Positions 38,512 through 64,000 of a stretch of 64,000 bases of DNA are shown here, in pieces (position 1 is the stretch's first letter; each line of letters opens with the position of its first letter). The position numbers were made by a program, and so were the translations under genes. The notes beneath the pieces were generated by a model. That model worked only from the letters and a program-made list of their open reading frames with translations, made no database searches and had not been told where the DNA came from. Source of the DNA: Chrysomallon squamiferum (Eukaryota > Animalia > Mollusca); the NCBI GenBank assembly GCA_012295275.1, contig CM022667.1, positions 17,856,001 through 17,920,000 on the forward strand, in the 5' to 3' direction.

Positions 38512-41500
38512 AAAATAATGTATATTTGAATTTGTAAAAGAAATTGGTCATACTTTGTTTCAAAGGCTCATTCCAGTCTTCACATTCAGCTATTGCAAAG
38601 ACAAAGTCAGGAACACCATAATTTTAGGAACTTAACACTGAATTGGAAAGATCATCCTCATTACCTTAAGATAAACCTTTTGCCATCAACAATTGCTAAT
38701 TGAGATATTTCTCCACATTATAGTCAATAATAATGCAGCTCGATATGTGAAACTGCCCTAGAGGCATTTTTTGTTCACAAATGACATGTAAATGCCATTT
38801 TCAGTCTTAGGAATCTTTCACCTTTGTAACATTAATTCAACCATCTTCCAATTTTGTGCCATCTGTTGACACATCTTTTTGCTTGTGTTGTAATAATGGA
38901 TGGATGTAGGTCACAAAGGCCATAAGCAATGGTCTACCTGAAGATAAATGTAGTAACTTTTAACATTCAAGATCAGTTATTTTCTTTAAGTTATGAAGAC
39001 AGTATGATTTAAATTCAAAACTACACTTGTAACATTACCCTTGTTTTTAAATCAACTGTTAAGTAACAAAATGTGCAACAATTCTTTTCTTTGCCTTCAC
39101 AATATTAAATGTATACTATGCTTAATTACTGAGCTTGAAGGTGCTGCTGAAACTTTACATTTATTTTAAGTGTGCCATTTTGAAGGGTTTTAATCTTAAT
39201 TTTATTTTATTAATCTATTTCCTTTTTTCTTTTTGGTAAAACTCATGGTTATGTCATTTTATTAGTTATTCATGATATAGTTAATATTTACAGGGTTTAC
39301 AATATTTTAGCATTTGTTCATTATTTTCACAAGATTTTTTTTTCTCTTAAACTACTGCAGAAATTAAACTCAATCAATTCATATATCAGGATTTGTCAGA
39401 GAAAGATGGATGCAGAAACACAAACACACAGAAATTCATTTTCAATGTAAAACGGGAAACTATTTCATGGTAAAGATCTGATGAATGTTCTCTTTTATAA
39501 TTTAGAAATTTTTTTCTTTTCTTTTATATATTAAAATTTAATGAAAAAATAACAATAACCTCATTAAACATATTAAAAGAATTTAAATTTAAAATAGTAT
39601 TATTTTTTAATGATTTGTTAAATATCACTCAATCAAGGATGGTTCATTATTAAACTTTATACAAAAGTAACGAATGCTGTAATAAAAGACCCTATTCTGG
39701 TTCTGATTTTAACATTCAATTTTGCATACTTCAGTTTATAATTTACTGTTTTTGTTTGCTGCTGTTTTTGGTGGGGTTTTTTGTTTTGTTTTGTTTTTTG
39801 TTTTGTGGGGGAGTTTGAGGGGTTATAAAGAAGAAATGAAAAATAAAGATTGAATCATAATACAATTCTACTCTCTATGGCATCAGTGGCTAAAAATAAA
39901 CATTATTTTATGATACAGAAATTTCTAAAGAATGAAAGCAATCTAAACTGAATTTTAAACTAAAAATGTGTTTAGATTTTTAACATGTTTTAAATACTGC
40001 ATGAAAACTGAAATTTCTGTTTCATTCTTACACATTTTCTTATTAATTATACAGTTGTTTGCTGTGTGGAGTTTATTTTTTTATATATATATTTTTTATA
40101 TACATTGTAGTTATTTGTAAAACTTTTAAGTTATTTACATTTTAAACATATTTTTACAGAACCTAAAAGTGAGACCTATTTTTTATGAGTGATTTAAAAT
40201 TATTTGTACAATATTTGCAAACAGTTAAATACAGGAAGTATGTTTTCATTATTTCTTTTCTAAATTTAAAAAATCTAAAAAAAGATCATTTTTAAATATA
40301 TGCACATTTTTAACATTTTTCTTTTACACTTCTTGCAGTTAAACACTGAAGAGTTTTTAGAGATAAATGCCAATTTGTATAAGTCACATTACATTCTTAG
40401 TTTGTCTTTGTTTTACACAATACACATTTGTAATTTTTTGTTTTAATTTGCAACAATATTTATTTTAAACGACAGAAAAGTCATTGTTAAATTAAATAAT
40501 CCATCATATCAAAATATAATTTCCAATAACAGATCAAAATTAGGTTTGAATGCTACTACTGAGTTTATTGGTATTTTAACAATGAAAATATGAATGGTTT
40601 TTAAAACCAATTTTCTTTTGTTGTGGAATAAACTTTTTTTTTTTAAACGAATATAAATGACTGTTTAGTCCTTTAATTTGATATCGGTAGTTAACATAAT
40701 CCCCAAATAATTACTGCACTAGTTGGATTAAAACAAAAGTAAAATAGAAAGTATCAAAATTAATGCTGAATCATTTCTAAAACCATAGTTCTAGACATTT
40801 AGGGATATTGCTTCTTAATCACATGCTTGAAGAAACTACATGGAATTTAAATCTTTCAAGACAAGACGATTTTTGACTGCTTAGACCTAGGTTTCATTGT
40901 TAACAGCAAAAATAGACTCTGAAGGAACTGCCATTTAAAATCAAAATCAGTGTCCATACAGAAACTTTTCAATAACTGCAGAAGTATGACAGAAATCTCA
41001 TGTTAAAGGCATTTTCATACCTAATATTCATCATCAAAACTATCAGACATGTTTAAATATTTTCTTTCACAACAGTGTAATATCAAAAATAAACTGAGAA
41101 TTCAAAATTAATAATAAAATAAATGTTGTTTTGTTTTTTAAATTAGCCTTTAGATTACTGGATTATTTTAGGGCAAAAAACAGATAATAATAAAAAATAA
41201 AATTTAAAATAAATCCTGATTACAAAATTGTTTGTTTCATTTTTACTAACAATTTGTAATGTTGACCATACATTTAAAAAATGTATTAAAAAATAGAAAA
41301 AAAGAAACAGAAAAGATCATTAACATTAAAAAAGTATTCTTTGATGTTGTTTTCTCATTTTGTCCAATACTTTTTTGAAAATACTCAAAAAAGAAACTTA
41401 TTTCAACTGCTGGTCACCGTTTTATTTTTATTAAACTAAAAATAGTCTTCTCTTTGTAAAATAATAAAATGTATCTATCTGTTACTCAGAATAGTCAGTG

Positions 41501-44500
41501 ACTGTATTTGTGAAGGCACATTACATGTAGTCAAGCAGATAACATGATATTGGATGAGATATCATCTCTCCAGTAGTCAGAAGACTGATGTCAAACAAGG
41601 TAATTCTCAAAATATTTATTCCTTTCTTACATTTTGAGAATGATTTCATACCAGATGGCTGCTACTAGTAAAAGAAATAACCCTGAAAATCTGGCTTTCA
41701 ACTGAACTTTGAGGAGAGATTTTTTTTATGCATTCATCGACAAGGTAATCAAAATGGGCGACTCAAAAATTAAAAATGCACCATGAAAAAACATTCTAAA
41801 ATTAACTGAACTTTCTGTCATTTGTGCTTTATGGATGTTGATTTAACCCTTTAAGAATACTGCATACATGTTATGTACAATAAACAAAATGTGTTCAAAC
41901 ACCATTTTTACATTCCAATCAGTGCATTAGCTTCCAATTTTGTAAATCAGTTGATAATTAATGCATGTACATACTGTCACGCTGATTTCAAGCCTTTTAT
42001 TTGAAAATGCTGCATTTACAAAGTATATTTAATGAAAAAATTAGAAACAGCTTAGATGAGTATTGACAGGCATTACGCTGAAATGTAGCAGGGTCAGTGT
42101 TAGTACAGGAATGTTTAGGAAGCATTTACAAATAATAGTAATGAAAAGTTTTTTTCACTGTTGTGAAATCAAACTGTCAATATGTCACTATGATTACATT
42201 TTTTTGGTGGTGAATGTTAAACAATCTGCAGTGTTTATGATGAGATTCATGCATGTTCAAATATTGTCAAAATTTTATTAATTCATGCTCCATTTTGCTT
42301 CCTGATACTTTTGTAGTTACTGGATGGAATAAAGTATTGGTCATACTCAAGATAATTTTATTTAATGATCTGGATGAAAGTCAGGTTTTTAAAATAATTT
42401 GGTTTGTTTTTGTCCCTTTTAATCTGTGTCGGCAACAAATCCCCTTGTTTTTGTCATAATTAAAATATGTACAACTGGATAGAAAAATCTAGTTTTCAAA
42501 ACAAAATTAAAAATTATAAAATACTGGTTCCATCTCTTTTGATTATATTTTACCAGCTGATTAAAAACAGTCATTCACTTCTAATGATATGTAATACAAT
42601 ATACTTCTATATACTTTCTAGACTTCTTTTAATGCTAAAAGCTAAAAAGGTAATGACTACTTCTATTGAAAATTAATTTTATTTTCAACAAATGCTTTAA
42701 AGTTCACTTTGAAAACATAGAAATACTGATAAATACTTGTGTTGTTAATTTATTTTTATTACAATTTGTCTCACTCTTGTATAAAATCACATATATACTT
42801 TTCCCATGCTTACTGTACAAAATATAGATATTGTCTCAAACTGAGTGAGGGGTTTTATTTTTCTTTATTTTGGTTTTGGTGGGGTGCAATTTAAACTGAT
42901 TATAAACCAAGACTGAATTCAGCTGATTTCAAAATAAAATGAAAATGATGCAACACAGAGCAATGCTCTGACAATATCTTTGTAGAGGTGATTAACCATC
43001 TTATTAGCAAATATTGTATTTGAAACAATTGGGTCCATAAGTCTCATTTTATTACACCTGATCAAAGTATGTAGAAACTATCATTTAATAAAGGTCATTT
43101 TTATCAATGTCAAATTATTATTTGAAAAGTATATACAAAACTGCAGTGGAGATTTTGCTAACAATTTTAAATAATTTTGAACAGCTAATTTTGAGATGGT
43201 TTGGTTTCATTCTTTTTCTTTTCTAAATGTTTACATGAACTAAAGTAGAATCAAGTTAAAGAGCTAAGAAATTTTGCTTGGCTTGTATTAATAATATACA
43301 AAACTTATTTACCTGACAGGTGGCTCATTAGCTGTATTTTAAAGGTACTACCATAGATAATTTTGTTGCTTCTCAAACCATATGATAAACATTTTATTAA
43401 CTTATTTACTTATCTGAAAAAATAAAAATCTTCAAACTTTACATCATAAATATAACTGAAAAATGTATTGTTTTGTATGAAAATTACTATTCCAATGGTA
43501 TTAAAAGAAAGGACATACTTAAAATAGATAACCTGAAAAATGTATGATTTAGCACAAGGTTCTTTTGCTTCCTGAACTCAGCCAGACATTTTGCTCAAAA
43601 TGTGCAACTACTGTCAAAACTGTTTTAATTTTTTGAAGAACTATTTGATATTATGCTCCTTTAGACTGATCAATTTCAAGTCTTCTAATAACAAACATTT
43701 CCTTATCACACTAGGGGCAGAAATCTCATCCACTGCACTTTTCACCATGGCATGAAGGAGACTACAACCCATTTAGTAACAGATTGTGACAAATAATAAC
43801 AAGCCTCTCACTTGATCTGGCTCTTTAAGTCTACAATGAACGGGGTTGTCTCATAGCTGCTACATTTACAAATACATTATGATTTGTTATGAACTTGCTC
43901 TGAACAATGGATGTTTATTTCAGTACTTGTTTTGAGACATCAGCTTGTTTATGCTAACAGTACTATCTATACTTTGCAATCGTAATAGTAATGCTACAGA
44001 AATGGTTTTTGATTTATTGTTCAAAAAATAACATGGGACTGTAATGTTATTTTGCTATAAATTAAAATTTATTATTTAAAGTGATTTTGTTAATTTGTCC
44101 TACACCATATTAAACAGATAAAATGATTTAGTAAGGAAAAAGCATTTTTTAAATAACATCCTTATAAATGTTTATTAAAAACCCACGTTTCTGAATTTCT
44201 CTTGGAATAGTCATTTAAAAAAGACTTTTTTTTTAATGCAGTCCGTCTGAAATTCAGTTGTGTATTTTAGTAGTTATGAGACAACCACTTCAAATGATGA
44301 TTATCGATAGAATGTTACGTAATTTTAAAGATAAAATATTGTTTTTACGTAAACGAAAGAAGAAAGACCTTTTATCAATGCATATAGTGAGTAAATCTAA
44401 AATCTTAAAATTAAATAACAGACCAGAATTGACTGATTAGTGATGAGACAGAGTCAGTGGCTCCTAGCTCCTTGTAGCGTGTAAAATGTTTCATTACTTT

Positions 44501-44995
44501 GATCTTCAGAAAAGGCCGCCATTTTTTTCTTTTGTATTTGGTTTTCACGAATACTTTTATCATATATGTCAGTAATTAATTATAAAGTTTTAACCTTGTT
44601 GTGAAACTTGAATAAGAAAAGTTGTTGTTAGCAGTATTATTAACAGGTACCTCAGATTCATAACAAATATCTTCGCACAATAAGCATCTTCTTCCCTAGG
44701 CTATAGGCAATACCAAACATCCATTATGGCTGCGAGATGTATGCAAATGAAGCTCGGGACTAATAAAGCTAACTAAAATTAAATACTTAGATATGTTCCT
44801 TCCCATATATGTAAGTAAATAGATTCAAAAGTAAACTAAACTTTAATATCGAAACAATAATAACATTAAAAATTAACAGATTTGATAAATTTGGCCAATG
44901 AAAACACGAGAAAAAAATTGTTCGTTTTTAACATTCGGCAATATTCGTAAGAAATCCGGACAGCTAATTTCAGTGCAAGTCGTATTCAACTCACC
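34025..44995 (-). other. Predicted non-coding 5' UTR exons of the RBM12-like gene
   Basis: Minus-strand AG/GT-bounded segments: a first exon ending at 44995 (GAG|GTGAGT), then 43413-43313, 38937-38665, 35363-35289 and 34113-34025, leading to the acceptor at 33739. Predicted from splice consensus only. Confidence 0.45.
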
Positions 44996-45733
44996 TCACT
45001 ATTTTGGCGCCAAAACAGATAACAAACGTGATAACATGTAATTATTTAGTATAAAAATAAACAAATTAAAAAGAAAATTGTAGTGTTTTTGGTGGTGTGC
45101 AACCATAGTAACAATATAATATTTATAAATCGTTAAGATAAAATTTATTTTGCCAAGTAAAATAAATATAAATGTCAGTTAACGAAATGGCTGTTGTAAG
45201 TAGAGTATTTTAGATTAATCATAAAACAGTCACCATTTTAAGAAAGAAAGAAAAAAAAATGAAATGCCATAAATCTGAAAGTTTCAGGTTTAATATTTCT
45301 GTAATTTGTCCATATGTTTTCTAACTCAAATTAACCCTTCGAGTCTTCCATTAACAAAAATGATTAAATGAATTAAAAATATAATTCATTATTATGAAAA
45401 TTTCAATTATCTGTGTATAGTAATTACATTGATATATAAATAAATATTTATTCATTATTATGAAAATTTCAATTATCTGTGTATAGTAATTACATTGATA
45501 TATAAATAAATATTTATTCACCACATAACAATTGTCAAATATTTTAATCATTTCCAAAATAGACTGTTGCCTTCGCAGTGTGCCTTGAAAATCGCATTTA
45601 TTTGTTTGTCGTCCGGGAATTGCCGAGAACTAGCGAATGTCACTGGATGCTTACATTGGTTACGCTTATATGCATAGTAAGTGTACACACGCAGAAAACC
45701 AGGGAATCAAATATATTGTTTATAGACAACAAC
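44500..45733. promoter_or_regulatory. Bidirectional promoter region between the RBM12-like gene (-) and TMEM67 (+)
   Basis: CpG is locally retained within an otherwise CpG-depleted domain. Motifs: palindromic E2F-type site TTTTGGCGCCAAAA (45002-45015), RFX X-box-like GCAACCATAGTAAC (45099-45112), YY1-type GCCGCCATTTT (~44515), octamer ATGCAAAT (~44741) and CCAAT (~44895). Confidence 0.6.
45384..45520. repeat. Perfect 66-bp tandem duplication upstream of TMEM67
   Basis: The unit ATTCATTATTATGAAAATTTCAATTATCTGTGTATAGTAATTACATTGATATATAAATAAATATTT starts at 45384 and again at 45450. Confidence 0.92.
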
Positions 45734-63045
<17,312 letters not shown>

Positions 63046-63965
63046 ATTTATCTTAGACATTCTGAAAAACAGTGCATAAAGATTTTTAAGTTAGACCTTT
63101 TTTTTTTTTTTATTTGATATATTATAAAAATTTCTTAATTTTTAAAAAAAATATATTACTTTACTTTACATTATGATTATTATTAATTTATTTTTCTTAT
63201 TTCAGTTTTAATTGAAAAATTAAATGAAGCTAGTGATCATTATCTATCATTAAGATACGCAGTTAAGAAAAACTAGCCTTAACCTAAAATTTGTCAGTAA
63301 AATATACTAACCTGAACATTTTAATAGCATTTTACTGTTAATAACAGTGACAAAAATGAAATGCAGACAATAAAATGAAATAATGAATAATATTTATGTC
63401 TAGCATATGACAAACTTGTTTTGTCTGTTATCACATTCCATCAAAATTCAGAATTGGGTTAATTAATCCCTGATTAAAATGTCTTTGCAGCATGAAGCCT
63501 GATACCTGAGTTAAAACATTTATCTTGTATAATTGGATTTTTAATTTAGACTTGGGTCCCATTCTCATCAATCTTCAAATATATAAAAACTGCAAATACT
63601 GCAAAATACTTCTGGACTCTAGCATTTCTGATGAGATTTTAACTCTTTTTATGTTTGTACTTGATGCTAATTCCATCCTGTCAGATATACCTATATTTTT
63701 ATTTTTATTTTTTTATTTTATAATTTAATTAACCAATTAGTTTAACAGAAAAGTAGATTTAGTAGATAAGTATGTGAAATAAAATTTTCATTCTCTTCTT
63801 TATTTATTTCAAAGTAATATATATAGAATTAACATGTAAGTAATATTTTATTTATTCTTTGATGTTTCAGATAAGATATATTAATATAATTGTTTTTAAT
63901 TGTTATAATTCTTCTTTTTTCATTTATTCTTTTTTAACTTTGTTTTTGATTTATTATTATTTACC

Positions 63966-64000
<35 letters not shown>

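Noticed and set aside
45578-45733. ORF-track N-terminal extension of TMEM67 from GTG 45578 (likewise RBM12 from 33753)
   Set aside because: Non-ATG starts from the ORF caller. ATG 45734 has a good context (AACATGG) and begins the signal peptide, and the RBM12 extension lies partly in an intron.

Overview
Eukaryotic (animal, probably invertebrate; the mollusc-like feel is only my impression) AT-rich, microsatellite-rich genomic DNA. I reconstructed five protein-coding genes by hand from splice sites and reading phase. (1) A 5-exon secreted protein (+, 4118-6593, ~218 aa) fusing a CBM14 chitin-binding domain to a transcobalamin/intrinsic-factor C-terminal (DUF4430-like) beta domain. (2) A 2-coding-exon PRRT3/PRRT4-like multi-pass membrane protein (+, 10098-12502). 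(3) An RBM12/RBM12B-like five-RRM gene (-, 33729-29865) whose single coding exon is split by a +1 frame change at ACC-TAA-G inside RRM3. (4) A 22-exon TMEM67/meckelin (+, 45734-63045, ~966 aa), head-to-head with the RBM12-like gene as in human, containing one U12-type intron. (5) An intact purple acid phosphatase (ACP7-like) nested antisense in a TMEM67 intron, with a GC-AG intron. Also present: decayed Tc1 transposase fragments, two copies of a TA-flanked MITE, inverted and tandem repeats, and a clear CpG-rich versus CpG-depleted partition. The best candidates for something new are the antizyme-like shifty-stop site in RBM12 (it could equally be a 1-bp assembly error or a null allele) and the chitin-binding/B12-binding-domain fusion.
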